Shown here: one piece after another, positions 37,594-48,848 of the stretch | How positions within the stretch are numbered: position 1 is the stretch's first letter | How the letters are laid out: each line of letters opens with the position of its first letter | NCBI GenBank assembly: GCA_964413165.1 | Contig: CAYPSF010000002.1 | Location: 7,324 to 71,323, forward strand | Direction of reading: 5' to 3' | Source: an uncultured Bifidobacteriaceae bacterium | Lineage (GTDB): Bacteria; Verrucomicrobiota; Verrucomicrobiia; Limisphaerales; UBA11358 | Length of the DNA stretch: 64,000 bases | Translations under genes and position numbers: made by a program | Notes under the pieces: model-generated | What the model was told of the DNA's origin: nothing | Database searches by the model: none | The model's input: the letters and a program-made list of their open reading frames with translations, nothing else

Positions 37594-38166
37594 TCAGGCC
37601 TGGGATCGAATCTTTCGAAACAACCAGGCTTTCGCATAGGCCCATTGGCGCTCGACTGTGCGCTCCGTAATTTCCAGGGTCCGGGCCACGTCCTGATTGG
37701 TCAAGCCGCCGAAAAATTTCAAAATCACGATCCGCGCCTTCTCAGGGTCCTCGGCCTCCAACTGTTCCAGGGCCTCATCCATCAGCAGGATTTTATCATC
37801 GGGAGTCGCCCCGGCGATTTCCAACTCATTGATGTCCAATCGGACCTGGCCGCCGCCCCGTTTCAGCCTGGATTTGCGCCGGGCGTTTTCGATCAGGATG
37901 CGCCGCATCGCCTCGGCGGCGGCGCCGAAAAAGTGGGCGCGATTTTCCCATGTCCGATCACCGTCGCCGACCATGCGCAGCCAGGCTTCATGCACCAGGG
38001 CGGTGGCTTGCAGGGTCTGGCCGGCCGCTTCCTGGGCCATGCGCGCGGCCGCCAGCCGGCGCAGTTCATCGTAAACCAGCGGCAATAATTCCGCCGAGGC
38101 GGGATGTTGCCCGCGCCGGATGGCCTGCAATACCTGGGTGATTTCGCTCGTGTTTTCGGAAGGCAT
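37594..38166 (-). CDS. ECF sigma factor of the Sigma70_ECF / TIGR02999 type (kinase-associated)
   Basis: ITQVLQAIRRGQHPASAELLPLVYDELRRLAAARM, ATALVHEAWLRM, and region-4 HTH LTNQDVARTLEITERTVERQW. Start at ATG 38166. Confidence 0.85.
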   Translation of the reverse strand: MPSENTSEITQVLQAIRRGQHPASAELLPLVYDELRRLAAARMAQEAAGQTLQATALVHEAWLRMVGDGDRTWENRAHFFGAAAEAMRRILIENARRKSRLKRGGGQVRLDINELEIAGATPDDKILLMDEALEQLEAEDPEKARIVILKFFGGLTNQDVARTLEITERTVERQWAYAKAWLFRKIRSQA

Positions 38167-38362
38167 AGACAGGACTTCTACAAACCAGATATACCGACAG
38201 CTTACCCCGAGCAAACACCAAGTAAAGAAAACAGCGCGCCACCCGGCCCACCCGGTGAACCCAGCCATCCGCTCCCCGGTTTTTATCCGGAAATGGTCCG
38301 GAAACGGCCGGCAGCCAATCCCTCCAGTAGCCAAATCGGCCGGACTTTCCTATGCTTGGCCC

Positions 38363-39439
38363 ATGAAACTCGGTTTGGGACTCTATCGCCACCAGCTCAA
38401 CCCTGAGCATTACCGCTTCGCCCGGCAATGCGGCTGCACGCATCTCGTCATTCATCTGGTGGATTACTTTCGTTCCTCCCGCAGCAACCAACCGGGCGAC
38501 CAGCCGGTGGGCGACGACGCCGGCTGGGGATTGGCGGGTGATCCGGACAAGCTCTGGACCTATGAGGAACTCGCCGCGATCAAAGAGGAAATCAACGCCG
38601 CCGGGCTGGAACTGGAAGCCATTGAAAATTTCGACCCGGCCCATTGGCACGATGTGTTGCTCGACGGGCCGAAGAAATTGCAACAGCTCGAGAATCTCAA
38701 AATCATCATCCGCAACGTCGGCCGGGCGGCCATTCCGATTTTCGGCTATAATTTTTCCATCGCCGGTGTCGCGGGCCGGATCAAGGGCCGGTTTGCGCGC
38801 GGCGAGGCCGAAGCGGTGGGCATGGACGGCCCGCTCGACAAACCAGTGCCCAGTGGGATGGCGTGGAACATGGTTTATGACCGGAATGCCGCGCCGGGTG
38901 TTGTGCCGTCAGCCACATCGGAACAATTATGGCAACGGCTGAAAGTCTTTCTCGACGCCATCATTCCGGTGGCCGAGGCCGCCGGCGTCACCCTGGCGGC
39001 GCATCCGGACGACCCGCCGCTGCCGACCGTCCGGGCTCAGCCGCGGCTGGTTTACCAACCCCCACATTACCAGAAGCTCATTGACCTCAAGCCGAGCCCG
39101 CGCAATGCGCTGGAATTTTGTGTCGGCACCCTGGCCGAGATGACGGACGGCGACATTTACGATGCCGTGGACGCTTACAGCCGGCAGCACAAGCTGGCCT
39201 ATGTACATTTGCGCAACGTTCGCGGCAAGGTGCCAACCTACAAGGAAACCTTCATTGACGACGGCGACGTGGATGTCCTGCGGGTGCTGCGCATTTTGAA
39301 GCAGAACCATTTCAACGGCGTGATTATTCCCGACCACGCTCCGCAGATGAGCTGTGCCGCGCCTTGGCACGCCGGCATGGCCTACGCGCTGGGATACCTG
39401 CGCGCCGGATTGAAAACTCTCGAGAACGAAGGCGGTTGA
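38363..39439 (+). CDS. uxuA: Mannonate dehydratase
   Basis: TIM-barrel UxuA-like sequence starting MKLGLGLYRHQLNPEHYRFARQCGCTHLVIHL. Start at ATG 38363; the ORF-track start at 38120 overlaps the sigma gene. Confidence 0.75.
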   Translation: MKLGLGLYRHQLNPEHYRFARQCGCTHLVIHLVDYFRSSRSNQPGDQPVGDDAGWGLAGDPDKLWTYEELAAIKEEINAAGLELEAIENFDPAHWHDVLLDGPKKLQQLENLKIIIRNVGRAAIPIFGYNFSIAGVAGRIKGRFARGEAEAVGMDGPLDKPVPSGMAWNMVYDRNAAPGVVPSATSEQLWQRLKVFLDAIIPVAEAAGVTLAAHPDDPPLPTVRAQPRLVYQPPHYQKLIDLKPSPRNALEFCVGTLAEMTDGDIYDAVDAYSRQHKLAYVHLRNVRGKVPTYKETFIDDGDVDVLRVLRILKQNHFNGVIIPDHAPQMSCAAPWHAGMAYALGYLRAGLKTLENEGG

Positions 39440-39451
39440 CGGGCGAGGCGA

Positions 39452-41060
39452 CTATTTTTCCGCGAGGCGATATTCAAACCAATCAAAGTCCGCCGGGCGG
39501 GTGCTGCTTTGGCCGTTTCCGGTGGCATACAGGCCGATAAACACACCGGTAAAACCGCCGACCTTTTCCGAGGACAAATCGCCGGTCAATGCCGTGCCCA
39601 GCTTTTTCGCCGGACCTTTGCCCGATTGGTAGAAAAACTCATAGGCCAGCGGCGCGGCCGCCACGGACAAAACGAAGTCCCCCGCCCCAATTTCTTCATA
39701 TTGAACCGGCTCACTGACTTTGCCGTTCAGGGTTCTTCGGAAGAAGACCTGCCGTTTCCCGTCTTTCCGGGTGAGGCCAATTTCGTAATGATTTTTCTCG
39801 TTGCCGCGCACGACGAGCCCCGCCTCCTCGTTTTCGCGCTGTGGATCGAAGGAAAGCAGAATGGCAGCGCGGCACGCCAGATCCGTCTGGCGGCGGCCGA
39901 CGAATGCCGGTGAATCCTGGTCATTCAGGGTCACTGCCGAACCGTTGAGACGCAACCAGCCCGAACGTTCGCTGAGAGAGAAATCGGCGGCATAGGGATT
40001 CCGGAGAAAATTCCAGGACAAGCCCAAGGCCGGTTGGTCGAAATCATCTTTAACCGGTTCCGGTTTCCACGCATGTGGGGCCAGATGAGGCGCGGGCAGG
40101 GTGAATTCCAGCTTGCCGTTTCCATTGACCACCGGCCAGCCGTCGGCAGACCAGGTCACCGGAGCCAGATACGTTTCGCGTCCCAGATGGTGGAGCGTGC
40201 CCCCTTGCGGACGGATGCCCAGGCACACCAGCCACCAACCGTCGGGTGTCTCCACCAGATCCGCGTGACCGAGCGCCTGGATGGGGCTGTCCGCGCGGTC
40301 GCGATGAGTCAGGATGGGATTTTTTGGGTCCGGCACGAACGGTCCCCAGGGAGAATCGCTGCGCGCGACGGTGACCATGTGCCGATAACTGGTGCCACCC
40401 TCGGCGATCATGAGATAATATTTTCCGTTAATTTTGTAGAGGTGAGGCCCCTCGGGCCAGACGCCGCCGGTCCCTTTCCACACCTGTTTAAATTCCCCGT
40501 CGAGCTTGCCGGTTTGGACATTGATTCTGGCCTGGCCGATAAACCCATCGCCCATGCCTTCGTGCCGGGTGTAGTAAGCGGTCCCGTCCTCATCAAAAAA
40601 CAGGGAAGGATCCATGCCGCTCTGGTCCACCCAGACCGGCTCCGACCAGGGGCCGGCGGGATTGGTGGCGGTCACAAAAAAATTTCCTCCTTTGTCCACG
40701 AGCGTCGTGATCAGGTAAAACGTGCCATTGTGATAACGGAGGGTCGGCGCATAAATGCCGCCGGAAGCCCGGGCGTGGTCCAGGTTCAATTGGCTCTTGC
40801 GGGTCAGGCAGTATCCGATTTGTTGCCAATGCACCAGATCCCGGCTGTGAAAGATGGGAACGCCCGGAAAAAACTCGAACGAGCTGTTCACCAGATAATA
40901 ATCATCATCGACCCGGCAGATGCTCGGATCGGGATAAAAGCCGGGGATGACCGGATTTTGAAAAGTTTGGGCGGCCCCGGCGGCCTGGCCAGCGGGCAGC
41001 AACCCGACCAGGGCGAGTAAGAGGGCCAGGGTCCGTCGCGCGCGGAAAAAACGCGCCGGA

Positions 41061-41074
<14 letters not shown>
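39452..41074 (-). CDS. Secreted GH43 beta-xylosidase/alpha-L-arabinofuranosidase with a C-terminal beta-sandwich domain
   Basis: [46 protein letters not shown]. Start MNLFDP... is computed from the ORF-track frame and overlaps the xylA 3' end by about 14 nt. Confidence 0.85.
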
Positions 41075-42374
<1,300 letters not shown>

Positions 42375-42408
42375 GATATAAGTTTTGTCTAATCAATCTA
42401 AATGGCAG

Positions 42409-42437
42409 TTATAATGGGTCAAACCCCGCATTGGCAA
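42409..42437 (-). promoter_or_regulatory. Candidate sigma70-type promoter of xylA
   Basis: On the minus strand TTGCCA (42437-42432), a 17-nt spacer, then TTATAA (42414-42409), about 35 nt upstream of ATG 42374. Confidence 0.35.
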
Positions 42438-42573
42438 TTAATAACCTTTTTTTACCAAGCTGGTAACCTTCAACGATTTCCCGGTAGCGATTCCCGCCTG
42501 AATTCCCCGGCGAATGCCCGCAGTCAGTTACATCCTGTGTGACCGAATAGACTGATCGAATCAGCAGTGGGAG

Positions 42574-42610
42574 GGAATGGATGAAAATATGTTTCGCATG
42601 GACAATCCTC
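42574..42610 (-). promoter_or_regulatory. Copy X of the conserved TCCATGCGAA-N11-TCCATTCC cis-element, upstream of xylA
   Basis: Minus strand reads GAGGATTGTCCATGCGAAACATATTTTCATCCATTCC. Half-sites and 21-bp spacing are the same as the copies at 56211 and 63322. Confidence 0.55.
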
Positions 42611-42697
42611 TGCTGGGTCGCATTTTCGCCCTGGATTCCGGTAGAGATTTTACCAGCCAAAAGCCGTCACCGATATCCGATAACGGCTGTAGCCGAT

Positions 42698-45600
42698 CTA
42701 GAACGGTGCCAGCCGATAGAATACGGCGTTGGTCGTACCCGGTGTGTTCGTATAGCCATTAGCGGCGTCGGTTCCCGGAATGGTGACCCAATTGGTGCTC
42801 AGACCGATCGTCGCTGGATTGGTCTGGCTTTGCAAATGCAGGCCCGTCCAAGTGTCCGGCCACGACAGGACCAACTGCCCGCCCGGACTCGTCGCGCTGA
42901 TGGCTGGCAACGGCGCGATGCCAGACACTGTGACTGATCCGTCCAGCGCCAGATTGTTTACAAAGGTGAAACCCGGCAAAATAATCAGCATGGCAGCACC
43001 GCCGGTGACCGGCTGGCTGAAGATGGTGAACTGGTCTCCGACAGCGAGGGCCGGGCCGACATTGAGCAACTTCAAGGTGCCGCCGGTATAGTTGATGGCG
43101 TGGGTGACCGTGAAAACGCTGTTCGACCGCGGCGACAACGACTTGTTCAGGACCGCCCAAACAGTTCCCGATGAAATGTTCAGGTTGTTCGACACGATCA
43201 ACGTGCCGACCGCGCTGGCAGAGGCCGCAACCAGAGTGCCCCCTTTCACGTTCACGTCGCCCTCGGCCGCACTGACCACCAGCGTGCCGTTGCTGACCGT
43301 GGTGGGGCCGGTGTAAGTGTTCGCGCCGGTCAGGGTCACCGTGCCGGAGCCATTTTGCACCACCGCGCCCGGGGTCAGCCCATCGCCGATAACGTTGGCG
43401 ATCGTCACGTTGTCCGAGCGGTCGAACACGAGCGTGCCCTCGTTCACGATGGAACCGCTGCCGATGGAGCCGGTCGTACCGCCATTGCCAACTTGCAGCG
43501 TCGTCGCGTTGTTGCTGATCGTCGTGCTGCCCGGATAACTGTTATTGGCGGTAACGATTACCTTGTTCGTCAGCACCGTCAAGGCACCCGAGTTTGCCGC
43601 CGACGAGTCAGTGACCATACTGGTGATTCGGTTGGTGAACAAGTAGCTGCTCTCCGCATGCATGAAAATGAGTGTTCGGGTGAGGAAATTGGCACCCGCA
43701 GTGTTGGTAAACACGACATTGCCAACAATGGTGCCGGCGCCGGGATTGATGCCGTCACCGAGTTGAATGGCACCGCCGGCAATGAACGTGCCGCCGGTAT
43801 AAGTGTTTGTGCCGGCGAGCACGATCCAACCGGGGTTAGGGTTGAGGTTATCCTTCAACACCCGGCCGGTGCCGACAATGCTGTTGCTGTAACCGCGGGC
43901 TGCGGGGGAGAACTCTTGAGCGGTAAAGAGGAGCGTGCCGTTGTTGGTGATCGCACTGCTGGCTGACGCGCCTTGGTTGCCATCAATAAACTGGAACGTG
44001 GCCTCCGGATCTATTTGCGTCCAACCCGCATAGGTGTTCCCCGGCCCGGCGTAGGCCTTCACCACACCCGCATGCACAATCACATTTCCCGTGCCGCTGA
44101 TGATGGAATTGTAGGACGACAACACCGTCGGAGCCGTGCTGTTGAAGACCAGCAGGCTGTAATTGACGATCGCGCGGTCGGCCAAAGAACCGGCGGCACC
44201 GCCATTGCCGACCTGCAACATGCCCGCGTTGATGGTCGAGCCACCAGTATAGGTTTCATTGGCGGCCAGGATAATCGTGCCGGGGCCGTTGACGGTGAGG
44301 GAGCCGGTGCCGCTGATGACACCGCTGTTGGTCGTGGTGTTGGAGCGATTGAAGATCAGGCTGCCGTTGTCGGTGACGCCGCCGCTGCCGAGCGTGCCAC
44401 TGGTGCCGCCGTTACCGATTTGCAGCGTTCCGTTGGCAATCGTCGTCACGCCTGAGTACGTATTGGCGCCGGTCAAAGCCCACCAGCCGGTGCCGTTCTT
44501 CGTCAGGATCGTTGTGCCGCCGTTGTCTCCGAGCGAGGCCTCGAGCAGGTTGGTGTCCGTGCTGGTGCCGGTCAGAGTCAGCACGCGCGCGCCGGTTCCG
44601 ACCAGGCCCACAGAGCCGGTGTTGTTCAAGTCCAATCGGCCGGTACCGGGGGCGCCGGAGGCGTCAATCGTGCCGCCGCCGGTGCGCACCGTGAAGAGGC
44701 GGTCGATGCTGGCCGCCGGACCGGTGTATTGCAACGTGCCGCCGTTGAAGACCAGATTTGTCGCGCTGCTGCTTGCCGCCCCAATGTCACTGGCAGTACC
44801 GCCGTTGGCCAATGCGCTGACGCTCACGATACCGGCATTGAACTTCGTGACGCCGGTGTAAGTGTTGGCGCCGCCGGACAGGGTCAGTGTGTTATTGCCG
44901 CTCTTGGTCAAACCGCCCGTACCGCCGATGTTGTTCGCGCCGCTGGAAGCGATGCTGTACACGTTGGTGGTGTTGTTGACGGTAACGCCTCCCGGTATGA
45001 TGGCCGCGGCGACCGTCACGCTCAAGTTTGCGGTGGTCGTGTCGTCAAACAACGCCGCGCCGCCATTGACGAACGGCCCCGGCGTGGCGCCGACCTTCCA
45101 GTCCGTCGAAGTCGTGTTCCAATTGCCATCGGTCGCGCCGGTCCAGGTATAGGCCAGCCCGGTGATGTTCAGTCTGACCGTGTTGGTAAGGATCGAGAGA
45201 TAGCCACCTCCGCCAATCAAACTATCCAGGCTGACGGTTGGCGGCGAACCGGTGGTCCAGTGAAACAACGGATAGCTTTGTCCGGGGGTTAATGTGCCAC
45301 TGTTCACGTTGACGAAGAGCGTGCCAGGGGCGGTCAGCGTGCCCGCCCAGAGCGGCGCGGTGGCCGTGCTGTTGATGTTATAGAATTCCGTCATCGAGCC
45401 GTCACCGGTGGTGAGCGTTCCGGGCGTTACTTGCGTGCCCGTGTCCGTGACCGCAACGGTCGCGCCGGGCGACACACTGATGTCGCCCGAGCCGGTCTTG
45501 GTGCCTTGAAACCACACTTTGCCGCCGCTGATGGTCGTCGCCCCGCTGTAAGCGCTCGCACCCGAAAGCGTGAGGATGCCCGGACCGACTTTGTTCAGGG

Positions 45601-46771
45601 TACCGCCGCTGCTGGTCAGTGCGGACGCGAACGTCACGTTTTGGCCGGCCGTGTCAATGCGGTACGCCTGACCCGCCGCCGTGCTGAAGCGCGGAGAGTA
45701 ATCGAAGACGTTGTTTGTGCTGAATCCCAGCGTACCGCCGGTGAAGGAGATGGGGTTGACGCCGGAGCCGAGCGGGCCGGTGCTGCCGTTATCCGCGCCG
45801 CCGGCGATCAGTTCGCCGCCGCTAAGAAAGACATTGCCGGTGAAGCTGCTGGCGGCCGATGAAAGCTTAAGCGTGCCGGCATTCACCTGCAGGTCCAGAG
45901 TACCAGGACTACCGCCAATGGCCAAAGCGAGGGTGCCCGATTGCGCAGCAGCATCCCATTCCAACCGGGTAGGAATGGAGCCGTCATTGTTTTGGAGGGT
46001 CTGCGTTCCAGTGACAAAGGCAAGCAGATTGGAACTCTTGAGAATCAGGGTGCCGCCGTTGAGCGTCACCGGGCCTGCTATGCTGCTATTTTCCGCGGAG
46101 AAGGGGTTTTTTCCGGACGCCCAAATCATCGTGCCGGGTCCCGATTTTGCCACGACCGTCGGGCTGCCAGCCGCAGTGAGTAGGTCATTAGTAATGTGAA
46201 AATCTCCCGTGCCTTGAAAGAAGAATGTGTGAGTGCCGCCGCCGCCAAATCGCCACCTCGTGTTTGGTGTGATAATCATCGGATTCACTGAATTGTTTAT
46301 AAAATTTGCTGTCTCTCCACTCGCTCCTCCCCAAAGGGTATCAAGCGAATTGGTCATGCTGTCACTCCCCAGTTGAAAGCTCGCGGCGCCGCTATCCATG
46401 GTAATACTGTTGAATCGAATACCCGCGGACGCCGTATTTGCCACCGTCGTGTCAAAGGTCACCGGATCGACTTGATTGGCCGTAAGATGAACAACCAGTC
46501 CAATACCGGGTGAAGAATGGCCTACTTGACCGCTGCCGTTAGATCGGCCAATGACCGGACCGGTGGATTGACCGTCGAACAGCATGGTGTCCCCGCCTCC
46601 GTTGTTAGGATCTGGCACGCCATTGGGGTTCCAATTGGTGGTGCCGGCGAGGTCCAGCTGCCCACCCATGGAGTTAGTCCAGGTATAGGTCGTCTGGCCA
46701 TAGACAGCCATCGTTGCGAAGGCAACGCACAAAATGACGGTGAATTTGAGGATTGTGAGTTTGGTTTTCAT
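42698..46771 (-). CDS. Giant secreted autotransporter-associated beta-strand repeat (PATR) protein, paralogue 1 (1357 aa)
   Basis: Signal peptide MKTKLTILKFTVILCVAFATMAVYGQ. Many approx. 30-aa repeats of the form G-G-L-T-K-x-G-x-G-x-L-x-L-x-G-x-N-T-Y-T-G-x-T-x-V-x-x-G-T-L. No beta-barrel. Ends in ...LVLSWPDTW...AVFYRLAPF. Confidence 0.8.
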   Translation of the reverse strand: MKTKLTILKFTVILCVAFATMAVYGQTTYTWTNSMGGQLDLAGTTNWNPNGVPDPNNGGGDTMLFDGQSTGPVIGRSNGSGQVGHSSPGIGLVVHLTANQVDPVTFDTTVANTASAGIRFNSITMDSGAASFQLGSDSMTNSLDTLWGGASGETANFINNSVNPMIITPNTRWRFGGGGTHTFFFQGTGDFHITNDLLTAAGSPTVVAKSGPGTMIWASGKNPFSAENSSIAGPVTLNGGTLILKSSNLLAFVTGTQTLQNNDGSIPTRLEWDAAAQSGTLALAIGGSPGTLDLQVNAGTLKLSSAASSFTGNVFLSGGELIAGGADNGSTGPLGSGVNPISFTGGTLGFSTNNVFDYSPRFSTAAGQAYRIDTAGQNVTFASALTSSGGTLNKVGPGILTLSGASAYSGATTISGGKVWFQGTKTGSGDISVSPGATVAVTDTGTQVTPGTLTTGDGSMTEFYNINSTATAPLWAGTLTAPGTLFVNVNSGTLTPGQSYPLFHWTTGSPPTVSLDSLIGGGGYLSILTNTVRLNITGLAYTWTGATDGNWNTTSTDWKVGATPGPFVNGGAALFDDTTTANLSVTVAAAIIPGGVTVNNTTNVYSIASSGANNIGGTGGLTKSGNNTLTLSGGANTYTGVTKFNAGIVSVSALANGGTASDIGAASSSATNLVFNGGTLQYTGPAASIDRLFTVRTGGGTIDASGAPGTGRLDLNNTGSVGLVGTGARVLTLTGTSTDTNLLEASLGDNGGTTILTKNGTGWWALTGANTYSGVTTIANGTLQIGNGGTSGTLGSGGVTDNGSLIFNRSNTTTNSGVISGTGSLTVNGPGTIILAANETYTGGSTINAGMLQVGNGGAAGSLADRAIVNYSLLVFNSTAPTVLSSYNSIISGTGNVIVHAGVVKAYAGPGNTYAGWTQIDPEATFQFIDGNQGASASSAITNNGTLLFTAQEFSPAARGYSNSIVGTGRVLKDNLNPNPGWIVLAGTNTYTGGTFIAGGAIQLGDGINPGAGTIVGNVVFTNTAGANFLTRTLIFMHAESSYLFTNRITSMVTDSSAANSGALTVLTNKVIVTANNSYPGSTTISNNATTLQVGNGGTTGSIGSGSIVNEGTLVFDRSDNVTIANVIGDGLTPGAVVQNGSGTVTLTGANTYTGPTTVSNGTLVVSAAEGDVNVKGGTLVAASASAVGTLIVSNNLNISSGTVWAVLNKSLSPRSNSVFTVTHAINYTGGTLKLLNVGPALAVGDQFTIFSQPVTGGAAMLIILPGFTFVNNLALDGSVTVSGIAPLPAISATSPGGQLVLSWPDTWTGLHLQSQTNPATIGLSTNWVTIPGTDAANGYTNTPGTTNAVFYRLAPF

Positions 46772-46880
46772 AAGTTGTATTTCATGCCACACCGATTGCG
46801 ACGGTGATCCACTTCGCGTTTTTCGTGAAGCTTCCCACGGCACGGAACAGGATATTTTTATCTTCGTTAGCCCGGCTTTA

Positions 46881-48734
46881 TTACGGCGCCAGACGATAGA
46901 ACACGGACCCGTTGATCACATTCAGTGTGTTCGTATAACCATTGGCGCCGTCGGTTCCCGCAATCGTGACCCAACTGGTGCTCAGACCGATCGCCGCTGG
47001 ATTGGTCTGGCTTTGTAAATGCAGGCCCGTCCAAGTGTCCGGCCACGACAGGACCAACTGTCCGCCCGAACTCGTCGCACTGATGGCTGGCGACGGCGCG
47101 AAGCCAGACACTGTGATCGATCCGTCCACAGCCAGATTATTTGCGAAGGTGACACCCGGCAAAACAATCGTCATGGCAGCACCACCGGTGACCGGCTGGC
47201 TGAAGACGATGAATTTGTCTCCGGGCGCCAAGGCCGGGCCGACATTAAGCAACTTCAAGGTGCCGCCGGCATTGTTGACATCGCCGGCAACCGTAAAAGT
47301 GCTGTTTGACGGCGATAACGTCTTGTTCAACGAAACCAAAACGGTTCCTGATGTCATGTTCATATTGCTCGCGACGGTCAACGTGCCGATCGCTCCGGCA
47401 GCCGCTGGAGCAAGAGTGCCGCCGCTCACGTTCATGTCGCCGCCGACCAAGCCGACCACCAACGCACCGTTGCTGACCGTGGTCGGACCGGTATAAGTGT
47501 TCGTGCCGGCAAGCGTGAGCGTGCCGGAACCGAGTTTGGTGAGCGTGCCGCCGCTGCTGGTCAGTGCGGACGCGAACGTCACGTTTTGGCCGGCGGTGTC
47601 AAAACTATACGCTTGATTGGGCGACGGGTCGAAGCGCGACGAGTAATCGAAGATGTTGTTTGTGCTGAATCCCAGCGTGCCGCCGGTGAAGGAAATGGGG
47701 TTGGCACTGCTGCCGAGCGGGCCGGTGAAGCCGTTATCAGCGCCGCCGGCGATCACTTCGCCGCCGCTAAGAAGGACATTGCCGATGAAGCTGCTGGCGG
47801 CCGATGAAAGCGTAAGCGTGCCGGCATTAACCTGCAGATCCAGAGTACCGGGGAAACCGCCAATGGCCAAACCGATTGTGCCCGACGAAGGAGCATCCCA
47901 TTCCAACAGGGCCGGAATGGAGCCGTCATTATTTTGGAGAGTCAGCGGCGCAGTGACAATGGAAGATTGAAGCAGAGTGGAACTCCTGAGAATCAAGGTG
48001 CCGCCGTTAAGAATCACCGGGCCTTGTATGCTGCTGCTGCCAATTCCCCCGGAAAATGGGTTGCGTCCGGTCGTCCAAATCATTGTGCCGGGTCCTGATT
48101 TTGCTATGGACGTCTGGATGCCACCCGCGCCAATCAGGTCATTGGTAATGTGAAAATCTCCCGTGCCTTGAAAGAAAAAAGTATGATTGCCGCCGCCGCC
48201 AAATCGCACCCTCAAGTTCGGAGTAAAAATCATCGGATTCACTGAATTGTTTACAAAATTTGCTATCTCTCCACCCGCTCCTCCCCAAATGGCCTCAAGC
48301 GAATTGGTCATGCTGTCACTCCCCAGTTGAAAGCTCGCGGCACCGCTATCCATGATGATACTTTTGAATCGAATACCCGAGGACGCAGTATTGGCTACCG
48401 TAGTGTCAAAGGTCACTGGACTGACTTGATGCGCCGTGAGATGAACAACCAGTCCAACACCGGCTGCAGAAGATCCTGTTTGAAGGCCGCTGTTAGATCG
48501 GCCAATTACCGGACCGATGGATTGGCCGTCGAATAGCATGGTGTCCCCGCCTCCGTGGTTAGGAAGAGGCACGCCATTGGGGTTCCAATTGGTGGCGGCG
48601 GCGAGGTCCAGTTGCCCGCCCATGGAGTTGGTCCAGGTAAAGGTCGTCTGACCAAAGAACGCCAGCGCGGCAAGGGCGCTGCACAAAACGATGGTGAGTT
48701 TGGTTTTCACAAGCAGCAAGGATTGGATTTCCAT
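46881..48734 (-). CDS. PATR protein paralogue 2, a short form with an internal deletion relative to paralogues 1 and 3
   Basis: N-terminal ~400 aa and C-terminal ~200 aa are colinear with paralogue 1. The start is ambiguous: ATG at 48734, or GTG at 48710, which is homologous to the MKTKL start of the paralogues. Confidence 0.75.
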   Translation of the reverse strand: MEIQSLLLVKTKLTIVLCSALAALAFFGQTTFTWTNSMGGQLDLAAATNWNPNGVPLPNHGGGDTMLFDGQSIGPVIGRSNSGLQTGSSAAGVGLVVHLTAHQVSPVTFDTTVANTASSGIRFKSIIMDSGAASFQLGSDSMTNSLEAIWGGAGGEIANFVNNSVNPMIFTPNLRVRFGGGGNHTFFFQGTGDFHITNDLIGAGGIQTSIAKSGPGTMIWTTGRNPFSGGIGSSSIQGPVILNGGTLILRSSTLLQSSIVTAPLTLQNNDGSIPALLEWDAPSSGTIGLAIGGFPGTLDLQVNAGTLTLSSAASSFIGNVLLSGGEVIAGGADNGFTGPLGSSANPISFTGGTLGFSTNNIFDYSSRFDPSPNQAYSFDTAGQNVTFASALTSSGGTLTKLGSGTLTLAGTNTYTGPTTVSNGALVVGLVGGDMNVSGGTLAPAAAGAIGTLTVASNMNMTSGTVLVSLNKTLSPSNSTFTVAGDVNNAGGTLKLLNVGPALAPGDKFIVFSQPVTGGAAMTIVLPGVTFANNLAVDGSITVSGFAPSPAISATSSGGQLVLSWPDTWTGLHLQSQTNPAAIGLSTSWVTIAGTDGANGYTNTLNVINGSVFYRLAP

Positions 48735-48848
48735 CGCTGTAACTGGCGTCAGGCGCGGAATGTGATTAACAGCGCTTGCCGTTCCAATGGATCGTGTTTT
48801 CACAGGCGATAACCACCGGCGGTTCGGTCAACTTAAACAATGGAAAGC

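Noticed and set aside
38120-38362. N-terminal extensions of ORF-track models: uxuA from 38120, and also 3330-3374, 5246-5380, 5272-5385, 17444-17491, 20037-20135, 23079-23282, 30914-31024, 38167-38334, 41075-41215, 46772-46843, 53008-53088 and 60129-60290
   Set aside because: The extensions overlap neighbouring genes or precede obvious signal peptides or conserved N-termini. Internal ATG/GTG starts give canonical signal peptides and tidy gene junctions.
42409-42660. 83-aa ORF on the minus strand between PATR1 and xylA
   Set aside because: It has no recognisable motif. It spans the candidate xylA promoter and the conserved cis-element, and its composition is atypical. It is treated as non-coding leader/regulatory DNA.
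42698-42890. Autotransporter beta-barrel or PEP-CTERM anchor at the C-termini of the PATR proteins
   Set aside because: The tail after the last PATR repeat is too short for a ~250-300-aa barrel. It lacks the terminal aromatic barrel signature context and has no VPEP motif, TM helix or basic cluster. It is instead the FYRL-type domain reported as a finding.
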